Source: an uncultured virus (IMG/VR IMGVR_UViG_3300035428_000406) (taxonomy: Duplodnaviria; Heunggongvirae; Uroviricota; Caudoviricetes). Taken from it: 64,000 bases of DNA. Location of the stretch: IMG/VR virus record IMGVR_UViG_3300035428_000406. One strand, written 5' to 3'. Each line of letters starts with the position of its first letter. Position 1 is the first letter of the stretch. The position numbers and the translations under genes were made by a program. Below are positions 34,201-43,355 of this stretch, piece by piece. The notes beneath the pieces were generated by a model. The model was not told where the DNA came from. It made no database searches and worked only from the letters and a program-made list of their open reading frames with translations.

Positions 34201-37200
34201 CCAATCCGCAAGTGCTGTCTACATATGTTGCACTCAAAGCCGACGACCGCATCATTGGCCGTTACGAGCTTGGTGCAAACCAAATCGAGACCGCCGAAAT
34301 GCAGGTGTCGGGCTATCAGAGCGACGGAAGCGACAAAATCAACATCAAGGCCGAAGCCTACGACGGCGACAACGTGCTTGCCTCGTCGGGCACTATAAAT
34401 CTGACCGTGAAAGGTTCTGCAATTGACGCGGCACTCATGGCCGGCGAACTTTATCACTTCGACTTCTCTGGGCGCAGCAACTCCGAGCCGTCGCACGAAA
34501 TCGAGGAAGGCGACTATCACATCAACGTGCATGGCGCAAATTGGAGTAGCAACGGTTTCGTGAACTACCTCGGCCAAAATGCCCTGCGCATTGCAGAAAA
34601 TGTAACTGCCGAACTGAATCATGCCCCGTTCTCGTCGCGCACGATTGAGGCTACCGGCATGGCATATCAGATAATGTTTGCCACCAACAACATCAAGGAC
34701 GCAGAAGCAATGCTCCTGAAATGTGTCGATCCCGACAACGGTGCAGGCTTCTTCATCAAGGGCAACAAAGTCGGCCTACAATGCAAGACCGGTCAGCCCG
34801 CTCTTATAGAGCGTCGCTTCCCATGCGGAGAAATGCACACCGTCGCAATCGTAGTCGAACCAGCTACAACCGCTATCAACCGTAACGGTACGGACTGGGC
34901 CACCATGCGAATGTATCTTGACGGCGATCTTGTCGGTGCAATCGGCTACAATCCCGGCGGCAGTCGTCTGTTGAACATGAAGAATGTTGAAATGGACGGC
35001 ACGGACGGCGACCTGTATCTCTACTATATGCTGGCGTATCAGAGCTACTACGATTGGAGTCAGGCATTCCGCAACTACATCGTAAAGCTGACCGATACCG
35101 ACGCAATGATAGCCGAGTTCAACCGTGAGAATGTACTTGTGTCGCAGAACGCCGAGGGTTCAACCTCAATGCGACCGAGCGCACCTCTCCTGTTTGCTCA
35201 GGGTATGCCGTACTGTGTCTTTGTGGCCGACGATGAAGTACACAATCAGTTCGACTTCGGTAAAGGCGTTGACGACGACGGCACATCTACGTCGGACAAA
35301 TTCAAGATGACCGTCTACTACTACCACCCGACAAAGCCGTGGCGGTCGTTCAAGGCTATTCTCTGCGAGATACGCCGTCAGGGTACAACATCGGCTAAAC
35401 GCCCGAAGAAAAACTACCGTATCTACATCAAGAAAGCGACTGAAGTCATACCGCTCTATCCCGACTACACCAACGAGGACGCTCTGATTACTTACGCGCT
35501 TTTCGCAATGAAGAAAATCCGCGTGACCGATAACTCTATCCCTGTCGATGTTATCACAATCAAAGTGGACTACTCGAACTCCGGCGGTGCAAACGACTGT
35601 TCGGTGTGCGATATGGTCAACGCCACTTATCGCGCCCTCGGCGAAGAATTTCTGACCCCTGCGCAGCGTTGCTACGACGGCACATGGACGAAAGGCGACG
35701 TAAATTTGAGCGGTTTGCAGATGAACCATTCGACCGCGAACCACCCAATTGCGGTATTCCGCTCCAACAGCGACACCCTGCAAAACGTATGGTTTGAATC
35801 TAAAGGTAACTGGAAAGAGGACAAGGGCGAACAGGTAGCCCTCGGCTTCAAAGATGTACCCGGCTATAACAAGGGCTGTCTCAACTTCCAAGACGAGGTG
35901 TTTAATTGGGTGTGCGGTAATCCGGGAGAGAGCCTTGACCAAATGGAAGCGCGCTTCAAAACTATGGAAGGTCTCGACACAGGTATGCCGTATCTTCTCT
36001 ATCCCTATTGCAGCCGCAACTATCGCTTTATGCGTTATCAGAACGGCCAATGGAAGAACACCACCGGCTCGTGGATATGGACGGGAGCCAAGACCCGCAC
36101 CATAACAGGCGACGTGCTTAACCCCGTCGGCGGCTTCGAGCTGTTGACATATGAGGGCTTCGACTGGTGGCAGGGAGTTTCCTCGGTCGAGGACATGATG
36201 AAACCGTCGAAGAATATAGCGAAGTGGGTGCAGAAGCTCATCGACAAATCAAGCTCCGGCGTAACAGGCGAAGAGTTCCCTGCATGGACGTACTACTTTG
36301 AATGTATGGTTGACAACGACGCGTTACAGGCAGACCTCGCTATGGGGCGTATCGTTCCGTTCGAGCTGTATGTTCAGCTTCGTCTATGTGACTATTGCGA
36401 CTACGCTAAGCACCCCGACGAATGGGTAGAGCGTTGGAGCAACCACGCCTACAAGTTCCGCAACGTCCGTTCAGACATGGTGTATCTTGCCGACGCAGAC
36501 TATCAGAACGAGTTTGACTCGCTGTCGAAGAACCACCAACCCATGCACTTCTTGCTCGAAGGACACAATGTTGTCAACGGCGTGTATGATCCCGACAAAG
36601 AGGGCGCAACCTCGCCCGACGGTTTCAACTGCGACTTCGTGCTGACACGTCAGCCCGTGGTGCAGAATGCCAACAAGAAGTACGACATCGACGGCGCGTA
36701 TATGTCGGACAATGACGGCGGTGACACAGGCCAACCCGAAGCAGACCCGACAAAACCGAGCGACGAGGCTACAGGCTACGTCAATCCGTGGGCCGGTTGG
36801 GGTGCAGTGCCTTGGCGAGGCTACTTTGCGGCCAACACAGTCAAGACAGACGACAACGGCAGCGAAATTGAATACCAAAAGACCGTGGCCGCCATGCGAG
36901 CCGTGCAGGTTACTCTGGACGACGGCAGAACTATAAATCCGTTCTCTCCTGAAGGAGCAAAATACTACTTTGTCGACCAACACCTCAAAAAGTGGGCAAA
37001 GGTAGTATCGAGCTATGACGGTATTCGCAAGTACATAAAGTACACAGCTACGTCGGACGCGCTCTATTTCTACGCGCTTCAAGGTCTCGGTCTTGCCGCC
37101 GTCGCTCAATTCATCGAACAGCGTTGGCGTTTCCGCGACGGCTTCTATAAGACCGGCGGCTTCTTCACAGGAGTGCTGTCTGGCCGTATCGCCTGTGGCG

Positions 37201-39767
37201 ACAAAGCGGCAATCCGTATTGTTGCGGCCAAGAGTGGCTATTTCGGTATGGGCAACGACTCGTCAGGCTCACTATCGGCAGACGGTGCTGTCTATCTCGA
37301 AGAAGGCGAGGAATACATCTTTACCAACTTCTCGCACCAACAGGGCGCACTCCTGTATATCTATCAGGCAGACCGCATCAGAGAAATAGAATTTACCGAC
37401 GTGTCGCTGTCTGATAACTTCGACTTCTCTGTGATGAAACTCGCCGAGAAGATTATTATCGGCGGCGAGAACTACAAGCAGTACACTATCGGTTACAATC
37501 CGCTGACGCAGTTCGCCCTGTCTGAACTTCCGTTCCTAAAAGAGTTGGACATTCGCAACACTCCTGCCACAAGTGTTGATACTTCCAAGTGTCCGCGCCT
37601 TGAGAAACTGTTGGCCGGCGGTACGCAGTTGAGCGAATTTCAGGTAGCACAAACCTCGCCTGTCAACACCCTGCAACTGCCCGGCACTGTTACGCGCCTT
37701 GACCTTGTGAATCTGCCTATGCTGACATTCCCCGGTGGGTTGACGATCGAGAGCATGGAGCGAGTAAACCGACTAATGTTGTCGGGGTGTCCGCACGTTG
37801 ACCCGATGTCGTTAATCAACGGCATTATCAACTCATCGAGTATTCGGTATATACGACTGCCGGACGTGAATATCACAGCCCCCTCATCAATACTGACGAC
37901 ACTTAAAGCCAGCGGTGCTGTCGGTCTTGACTCCGCAGGAGCAGCCTATGAGGAGATGAACCAGTGTTCGGGTATCACAGGCCGTTGGATTTGTGAGGAC
38001 CTCATAGAGGACAGCACTCTCAACGACCTCGGCAAATACTTTCCACAATTGGAGCTGCACAACGCGCAGTTCTCAATGGTGACATACACCGATACCGCTG
38101 ACGACTCGGAGAATATATCGAACCCCGAAAACAAGACAGGCTATCTCTACGGCAACAAGTATGTGCCGAGCGGCCACTTCAAGCGGCTTGAAGAATTGAG
38201 CCACGGTGTACGCGGTATGTATGACAGCGTTGAGAAAGCCATGATGGTTGAGGAACTTGACGACAACGACTACAACTTCCTTGCTGACGGAACGAGCATA
38301 GACCTTACCGACGCAAGCGGACTTGGCTATGACTACTTCAAAGACGTTCCCGACAACTGGTATAAGGGAGTTAACGACTTCAAGAACCAACAGAAACATG
38401 GTTTCCGCTCGATCAACAAAGTCGAGCCACTCTCTACGGCAAGCAAGACCAACCGAAGTAAACTCTCGGATTTGCTTGTGGAAGCCAACTCCGCGCTTGT
38501 ACTGTCGCAGTTGCAGGTGGGAAGCGAGCCTGTGCGCAACATCAACGGCAACATGAGTGTGTATGCCATAGACGTTGAGGGCATGAAGCAGGTAAGGTGG
38601 CCCGGTGTCAACTCGGCAGAGGTCGGGTGTGCGTTCCTTGACGCTAACGGTAAGATTATAGAGATATTCCAAATGGCTATCTCCAACGCCCAGTTTGACT
38701 TTATCGTCGGCGAGGACTACATCTTTACCAACGTACCGAGCGGAGCTGCCAAGTTCATGTTCACTTCGCAGATAGGTTGTGACGACCAAGAGGCGATAGC
38801 CGTTGACAGTTCATCGCTTGAAGCCATTGAACCCGACTGGGTATTCTGCAAGGAGTTCCTTGTGGGTATCTACGGTATGGGGCAGGACGGACTGAACCGT
38901 GCACGCTCAATCTCCGGCACAAAGGCAGTTGTCGGAACAGGCACTGCAACGACTTCTCCGGCTTGGACCTATGATGAGAACGGCAAGGTAACGAATCTAT
39001 CCGTACCCGCCGGGCTTAACCGCACATATCTGGACTGTATGAACCTCTGCGAAATGCGAGGCGAGGGTTATCATGCTATCAGCTATGAGCAGTCAAAGAA
39101 CCTTGCCAATATCATCATGGAGTTGACAGGCACGCGCGACATTCAGGCAATATGCGGACGTGGCAACGGCGCAGGTTACACCACCGGCACACAGACTATC
39201 AGCGGCAAGAACATAAACGCCTACGGCAATATCACGCTAATCCACAGCGCAGGAAACGTGGGCAACCTTATGTTCGGTATCCAAGAGTTTGTCGGTTGTA
39301 ACTTTGAGTGGTTGGCACATGTGGCTATGAATGTGACTTCATTCAAGGATTGGAAAGCGAAGAAATGCCCGACCGATGAGGGTTCTTATCCGTTGGATAC
39401 CCGCTTCCATATCTATGATGTGGTGACTGACACCGAACGTTCCGTACAAGCCACACCGCAGGGTTCTGGCTATTGTATCAGCCGTGTACGCTTCGGCCGA
39501 TATATGGATGTCGTTCCGGGTAAATGCTCAAATGACAACTCGGCTTGGAATCAGAATTACTCCGACAAATGGGAGTATTCTAATGGCCGGTGCCGTGTCG
39601 TTGGCCGTGCGCACAACTACGCGAATGCGTATGGCGGTCTCGTTTATGCGAACGCGTACTACGTTTCTTCGAACTCGTACACGCACTACGGCTCTCGGCT
39701 CGCCTTCAGTGGAAAAATCATTCACAAAAAGAAAGGAGAAAAGACCGAAGAGAAACAAGCAGCTTGA
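31242..39767 (+). CDS. Giant tail fibre/adhesin (2841 aa), DGR target protein
   Basis: Fibre-like N-terminus, CotH-like RQGTTSAKRPKKNY (~35379), leucine-rich repeats (~37400-37900), C-type-lectin-like end (VGCNFEW...YGSRLAF) containing the VR. Confidence 0.85.
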   Translation: MSSIPTKQIDGDVAVGRNVSVGGKATVRGSATIGHNLKVEGWLDAPNVKGPNKGLFKTAVQLREAYPNPHEGWWALVGDTLPAQVYMANGGAWVGQTNADGTPKLAGNPTVDSSEYMEAVEEMTEDLEAVKIEVNQNKEDIRNLRSGQTTQGNQINLLQTAVETAQTQANKGVANAATAQAGVNAINNSKGKANGFAPLDANAKVPAAHLPGYVDDVVEFNAFVEGVTPQMASANKNSTDAGCMVVYDVNSNCFLLAVSNRSIASETDWNVVLRPQRLASTPSTAVDSEEATKVQITDYWNIKDTGITLIPSAFTYYNNWLDAEAFGTVSTNGRIPVAGKIYTCTSVNTTSRWSGSELVKIGSDLALGHTAGTAFPGDEGAQLQENVKNQEENLQLNRRRIDNIKILPFNGIWDGQGAEPTNGIFLCPSPDGGWYFREFGNTGFYDFPEEDYNCDLQANSGTLFRHEDSLYRIKHGEIETFVTDKNLNEATDKIKKPRTFINANQLLDYSATYTIGEVSKLLETQFGNLFHVPGIVISFRGKNSWESKQWNGDDSFTEDSAWTDFGVNGNNIGNTVNVNDVCGDTEYTLSTAIKAVQDKEAESGIKYFKSGVVLTYKTAEKDTKGAPVWEAYQFTREIADINPADLKPWIPFGGGGKSEIETKDDPAAGGKDAFSTGGAYKHIPLKYRVIQDDGTVTIQPMNEAGEDIGESITFFASQGGGGEVSGTIVNIKFQESPLYGAVGKDIIGHACIRSVTQLGATEQLNSIVSLKLIDRDTNVVIREWTVNTRSSDEDEYNFDIPFSGLFDGAGSRRFRLEATDDTDHTGYRFITVTAVDATVESTQVLNYTSDYVIPYGSNRTVNVPLYKFPQNVSEKGIQAFIEIWWNGEWRPLTATPPTHFDAYSNSAQFNPTNLFGGGEKMQHGAYPLRIHGRDVASGVTGNTIYTAVMCIDPNSSVPVVALRYNDTGDGTVRLYDRIKVEVAAYNPNPQVLSTYVALKADDRIIGRYELGANQIETAEMQVSGYQSDGSDKINIKAEAYDGDNVLASSGTINLTVKGSAIDAALMAGELYHFDFSGRSNSEPSHEIEEGDYHINVHGANWSSNGFVNYLGQNALRIAENVTAELNHAPFSSRTIEATGMAYQIMFATNNIKDAEAMLLKCVDPDNGAGFFIKGNKVGLQCKTGQPALIERRFPCGEMHTVAIVVEPATTAINRNGTDWATMRMYLDGDLVGAIGYNPGGSRLLNMKNVEMDGTDGDLYLYYMLAYQSYYDWSQAFRNYIVKLTDTDAMIAEFNRENVLVSQNAEGSTSMRPSAPLLFAQGMPYCVFVADDEVHNQFDFGKGVDDDGTSTSDKFKMTVYYYHPTKPWRSFKAILCEIRRQGTTSAKRPKKNYRIYIKKATEVIPLYPDYTNEDALITYALFAMKKIRVTDNSIPVDVITIKVDYSNSGGANDCSVCDMVNATYRALGEEFLTPAQRCYDGTWTKGDVNLSGLQMNHSTANHPIAVFRSNSDTLQNVWFESKGNWKEDKGEQVALGFKDVPGYNKGCLNFQDEVFNWVCGNPGESLDQMEARFKTMEGLDTGMPYLLYPYCSRNYRFMRYQNGQWKNTTGSWIWTGAKTRTITGDVLNPVGGFELLTYEGFDWWQGVSSVEDMMKPSKNIAKWVQKLIDKSSSGVTGEEFPAWTYYFECMVDNDALQADLAMGRIVPFELYVQLRLCDYCDYAKHPDEWVERWSNHAYKFRNVRSDMVYLADADYQNEFDSLSKNHQPMHFLLEGHNVVNGVYDPDKEGATSPDGFNCDFVLTRQPVVQNANKKYDIDGAYMSDNDGGDTGQPEADPTKPSDEATGYVNPWAGWGAVPWRGYFAANTVKTDDNGSEIEYQKTVAAMRAVQVTLDDGRTINPFSPEGAKYYFVDQHLKKWAKVVSSYDGIRKYIKYTATSDALYFYALQGLGLAAVAQFIEQRWRFRDGFYKTGGFFTGVLSGRIACGDKAAIRIVAAKSGYFGMGNDSSGSLSADGAVYLEEGEEYIFTNFSHQQGALLYIYQADRIREIEFTDVSLSDNFDFSVMKLAEKIIIGGENYKQYTIGYNPLTQFALSELPFLKELDIRNTPATSVDTSKCPRLEKLLAGGTQLSEFQVAQTSPVNTLQLPGTVTRLDLVNLPMLTFPGGLTIESMERVNRLMLSGCPHVDPMSLINGIINSSSIRYIRLPDVNITAPSSILTTLKASGAVGLDSAGAAYEEMNQCSGITGRWICEDLIEDSTLNDLGKYFPQLELHNAQFSMVTYTDTADDSENISNPENKTGYLYGNKYVPSGHFKRLEELSHGVRGMYDSVEKAMMVEELDDNDYNFLADGTSIDLTDASGLGYDYFKDVPDNWYKGVNDFKNQQKHGFRSINKVEPLSTASKTNRSKLSDLLVEANSALVLSQLQVGSEPVRNINGNMSVYAIDVEGMKQVRWPGVNSAEVGCAFLDANGKIIEIFQMAISNAQFDFIVGEDYIFTNVPSGAAKFMFTSQIGCDDQEAIAVDSSSLEAIEPDWVFCKEFLVGIYGMGQDGLNRARSISGTKAVVGTGTATTSPAWTYDENGKVTNLSVPAGLNRTYLDCMNLCEMRGEGYHAISYEQSKNLANIIMELTGTRDIQAICGRGNGAGYTTGTQTISGKNINAYGNITLIHSAGNVGNLMFGIQEFVGCNFEWLAHVAMNVTSFKDWKAKKCPTDEGSYPLDTRFHIYDVVTDTERSVQATPQGSGYCISRVRFGRYMDVVPGKCSNDNSAWNQNYSDKWEYSNGRCRVVGRAHNYANAYGGLVYANAYYVSSNSYTHYGSRLAFSGKIIHKKKGEKTEEKQAA
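39587..39701 (+). repeat. DGR variable repeat (VR)
   Basis: Matches 39899-40013 with 8 mismatches, all opposite TR adenines; encodes RCRVVGRAHNYANAYGGLVYANAYYVSSNSYTHYGSRL. Confidence 0.97.
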
Positions 39768-39787
39768 CACAAGGCGATGGTAACTTT

Positions 39788-39813
39788 CCCCGGCTGACGC
39801 AAGGAAGCCGGGG
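39788..39813 (+). other. GC-rich hairpin between VR and TR (possible DGR homing hairpin or RNA boundary)
   Basis: CCCCGGCT-N10-AGCCGGGG. Confidence 0.5.
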
Positions 39814-39898
39814 CGAGTGCCAAGGCCAAAACAAAGAATAACAATAACAATGCACGTTCACGTTCACACGTGGGCGATGCGAAAAAGGTAGAGTTTCC

Positions 39899-40013
39899 CC
39901 GGTGCCGTGTCGTTGGCCGTGCGAACAACAACGCGAATGCGAATGGCGGTCTCGTTTATGCGAACGCGAACAACGTTTCTTCGAACTCGAACACGAACAA
40001 CGGCTCTCGGCTC
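39899..40013 (+). ncRNA. DGR template repeat (TR)
   Basis: Intergenic, 12 AAY triplets in the VR frame, 160 nt upstream of RT. Confidence 0.95.
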
Positions 40014-40173
40014 ACATTAAGACGCATTAAATACGCCCCTTTGGGATAATATAATCGTTGCTCCGAACTGCCCACGTGTTGGGCGAATCGTCAACGAGGG
40101 AAACGAGCCTCGGCAACCCTCTCCGGTGCAGACCGGAAGAAAGCGGAAAAATATCTAATCGCGCCTGAAGGCC

Positions 40174-41847
40174 ATGACAAGAATAGAAGAAATACCATAT
40201 ATGACAGCAGAGGTCTATTCCCCCCAATATGGAGAGAAACGCTATCCCATACCCGATATGATGGGAGAGATAGCCGACATGCGCAATATAGAGGATAGTT
40301 TCGACTATGTTGTGAGCCATTTGGAGTGCGCAGACCAAAGGGAACATATCCGGCCACATAAAGCCGCGTACTGCAAAAGACTGAAAAAGTTATTGAGCAG
40401 TGGACAATTCAGAGTAACCGAAAAAGACATACGCACACTTGAAGTAACAGACGGCCCGAAAGCGAGGATAGTGCAATGCCCCACGGTGTTTCACAGGGTG
40501 GGTTGCCATGCGGTAATGGTTCCGTTTGAGCGACACACCTATCCGACCCTTATCACCAATACAGCCGCGAGCATAAAGGGCCGCGGTATGCACTGGCTTC
40601 ATCAGATTATTGAAGAAGATTTGGTAGCAGACCCGGAGGGAATGAAGATGTACTATCAGAGCGACATCTATCATTACTACGACTGCATCAGCCAAGATAT
40701 AATGATGAGGCAGGTAAGGGAGTACACAATCGACCCGTTGGTGTTGCCAATCGTTGACAACTTCATAACGCTGTTGAAGCAGGGATTATCGAAAGGGCTA
40801 CGCGCCTCACAGTGCCTTGCAAATCTACATCTGAACGGAGTTGACCATAAGATGTGTAAAGTTGTCAAGTATCATTTGATTGACGACCCGACAATTGAGG
40901 GTGGCAAAGGTGTTGCCGTCAGCGGTGAGGGCGAGTTGAAGATAAACGGCAAGCGGATACGCTACCATTACTACCGCTATTGTGACGACATCGTGATGTT
41001 TGCCTCAACAGCCAAAGAGTTATGGATATTGCGCAACTACCTTGCCGGACTATTGGCAGAACTCGGACTGACAATAAAGCCGTCGGAAGCGGTGCGCCCA
41101 ATCACAGAGGGACTTGACTATCTCGGCTTTGACACATTCAAACCAACGTTGAAAAAGACCAAGAACTGCGGAGAGGTGCTTCTGCCATACTCACGGATAA
41201 GGAAGCGAACAAAGAAGAAATTCGCCCGGAAGATGAGCGAGGTAAAATCGAAGAAGCGGAGACAAGTTCTAATCGGTTCATTCTTCGGCATGGCCGCACA
41301 TGCGGACTGCCGACATTTATTGAAAACTTTGCTGACAACAGCAGAATATAAGAAACTAAAACATAAGCGAAAAATGATAGAGTTTGGCGACATCAAACTG
41401 AAACCTACGAGGCTCAACGGCAAGAAGAACTTCAAGGGTGCAAAAATCTACCCACGGGAACTTGACCGACAGGCGTTCTTCATCGTGGACTTCGAGCGCG
41501 ACCTGATACCCAAATGGGCGCAAGATGAATATCAGCGCAAGTTGCAGGAAGCAGCGACTAATGGTCTGAACCCTGACCTTGTTCCTAAACCTGCAACAAA
41601 GTATCTGCTTCAACTCATCTATGAGAACAAGGCGCGGAAACTATGGACCGGCGACAGGGAGCTATGGGGCATCTTGGAGCAGTATGAAGAAGCCGACGGA
41701 CTGCCCATGTACGTTGTTGGCGAGGTGGACTTCTCGGAGCGGTTCCCAAAACTGAACCTCGTATCTCCGAAGAAATATGGCCTTACAAAGCCAAGCGATG
41801 AAGAACTTGAGCGACTGTTAATCCAACTCAACCTAAAACAACTTTAA
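40174..41847 (+). CDS. DGR reverse transcriptase with fused C-terminal domain
   Basis: IKGRGMH, SDIYHYYDCI, GLSKGLRASQ (DGR-type SQ), YYRYCDD (YCDD at 40978), GLDYLGF. Confidence 0.95.
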   Translation: MTRIEEIPYMTAEVYSPQYGEKRYPIPDMMGEIADMRNIEDSFDYVVSHLECADQREHIRPHKAAYCKRLKKLLSSGQFRVTEKDIRTLEVTDGPKARIVQCPTVFHRVGCHAVMVPFERHTYPTLITNTAASIKGRGMHWLHQIIEEDLVADPEGMKMYYQSDIYHYYDCISQDIMMRQVREYTIDPLVLPIVDNFITLLKQGLSKGLRASQCLANLHLNGVDHKMCKVVKYHLIDDPTIEGGKGVAVSGEGELKINGKRIRYHYYRYCDDIVMFASTAKELWILRNYLAGLLAELGLTIKPSEAVRPITEGLDYLGFDTFKPTLKKTKNCGEVLLPYSRIRKRTKKKFARKMSEVKSKKRRQVLIGSFFGMAAHADCRHLLKTLLTTAEYKKLKHKRKMIEFGDIKLKPTRLNGKKNFKGAKIYPRELDRQAFFIVDFERDLIPKWAQDEYQRKLQEAATNGLNPDLVPKPATKYLLQLIYENKARKLWTGDRELWGILEQYEEADGLPMYVVGEVDFSERFPKLNLVSPKKYGLTKPSDEELERLLIQLNLKQL

Positions 41848-41857
41848 CCAAAGAGAA

Positions 41858-42361
41858 ATGGAAAAAAGATTTGGCTCACCGAAAAGGCAGGACGGCTTAA
41901 TGAAAGTCGGCCGCAATAAGTATGACCTTTTCTTCGGCTTCGGCAAGGAGCATGAAGAAGACACAAGCGGTTGGAACTACTACCATAGGTTCACCCACCG
42001 CCCGACCCTTGATGAAATCAAGGCTGTAATCAACAAGCAGATTGACGCTGACACGGACGAGACAATCCTGCATGGCATGACGTGGGAGGGTAAGCCTGTG
42101 AAACTGGACAGCGAGAGTCAGACCAACCTCTTGGGGTTGTTGTTGAGTGCACAGGGAGACATGGCGACATTCCCGAAGAAATACAAGTTGGGCGACTACC
42201 CGGACGGAAGCGCAGCTTACCATGAGTTTGCCGACGCCACGGAGTTTATCGCCTTTGTATCTGCCGCCATAGAGCATAAGGATAACGCCTATGCTAAAGG
42301 CTGGAACGAAAAAGAGGCGTTAGAGAAATCAAACTGGAGTGCTTTCACTATAAACGAATAA
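41858..42361 (+). CDS. DUF4376-like protein (possible fibre assembly factor)
   Basis: RPTLDEIK, ILHGMTWEGKPVKLDSESQTN, KGWNEKE motifs. Confidence 0.6.
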   Translation: MEKRFGSPKRQDGLMKVGRNKYDLFFGFGKEHEEDTSGWNYYHRFTHRPTLDEIKAVINKQIDADTDETILHGMTWEGKPVKLDSESQTNLLGLLLSAQGDMATFPKKYKLGDYPDGSAAYHEFADATEFIAFVSAAIEHKDNAYAKGWNEKEALEKSNWSAFTINE

Positions 42362-42365
42362 TCTT

Positions 42366-42848
42366 ATGATACTTGAATTAATTGCAGTAACAGCGTCGTG
42401 TCTCATCATGACACTCTACCTGACGGCATACATCAATGCTATCGGTATTCCGGCCTCTATCAGTGCCACCTACTACCACACTGAAAAGAAATGGCTATTT
42501 CCGTCGGCCATATCCCTGACGGGGCTTTGCGCCCTTGTACCTCTGCTTAATCACACGCCGGAGAATTATCAGTTTGTGGCATTTTTCATCGTAGCCGCGG
42601 CTCTATTCGTTGCGGCAGCTCCCGCCTTTCGCGATGAAATGATAGGTAAAGTACATGGCATATCGGCCGCAGTGCTTGGACTGTGCGCCCTCGCATGGCT
42701 CGTACTGACTACCGGCTGTCCGTGGATAGCCATCATAGGTCTATGTGTGGCCGTCCTCGATCGAAAACGCTTCTTGTTTTGGTTTGAAGTCGGCGTGCTC
42801 TACAACTTGTTTTTATCCATTATTACCGTTGTGGCTATGAACGGATAA
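42366..42848 (+). CDS. Multi-pass membrane protein
   Basis: About five hydrophobic segments; GIPASISATYY motif. Confidence 0.7.
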   Translation: MILELIAVTASCLIMTLYLTAYINAIGIPASISATYYHTEKKWLFPSAISLTGLCALVPLLNHTPENYQFVAFFIVAAALFVAAAPAFRDEMIGKVHGISAAVLGLCALAWLVLTTGCPWIAIIGLCVAVLDRKRFLFWFEVGVLYNLFLSIITVVAMNG

Positions 42849-42886
42849 AGTTAACACAGTGGTTTCAAAACCACATTCTATCTTTG
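42848..42886 (+). promoter_or_regulatory. Putative late promoter for lysis cassette
   Basis: AAGTTAA, 24 nt, TATCTTTG. Confidence 0.7.
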
Positions 42887-42911
42887 AACACAAAACCGAC
42901 ATTATCACAAA

Positions 42912-43355
42912 ATGGAAGAAGCCGTTAGATTTTTACTACACGACCACCTATATCACCATATCGTGATTATCTGCCTGTGCGTAGGTGGTATGTTGTTTGC
43001 AATGCTCGTTGACCTCATCTTCGGAGTAAAGAAGGCCCGTGCACTCGGTCAGGCCACAACAAGCACAGGCTATAAGAAGACGTGCGAGAAAGGTAAAAAG
43101 TATTTTACTCCCTTTGCAGTGCTTATGTGCATAGACATAATCGCGAGTGTACTGTTGCCGGCCCCGTTCTTCTCAATGATTTGGTCTGCCTACTGCCTGT
43201 TCTGTGAATTTAAGAGCGTCCGCGAAAAATCGTGGACAAAGGCAGAACTTCGTAAGGCCGAGCGTACAATGAATATAGTAATCGAAAACAAAGAGGACAT
43301 AGCCAAACTTCTTGCAGAACTTGTCCTTGGCGAAACTAAAAAACTAAACCAATGA
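42912..43355 (+). CDS. Holin
   Basis: TM segments, DLIFGVKKA and EFKSVREK motifs, directly upstream of the endolysin. Confidence 0.7.
   Translation: MEEAVRFLLHDHLYHHIVIICLCVGGMLFAMLVDLIFGVKKARALGQATTSTGYKKTCEKGKKYFTPFAVLMCIDIIASVLLPAPFFSMIWSAYCLFCEFKSVREKSWTKAELRKAERTMNIVIENKEDIAKLLAELVLGETKKLNQ

Larger units (their letters stand above)
39587..41847 (+). mobile_element. Diversity-generating retroelement (VR-TR-RT)
   Basis: 115-bp VR/TR pair differing only at TR adenines, adjacent to a DGR-type RT. Confidence 0.97.

Noticed and set aside
39590..39841. 83-aa ORF over the VR as a possible Avd/accessory gene
   Set aside because: Alternative frame of the VR with no plausible start context and no Avd-like helical character
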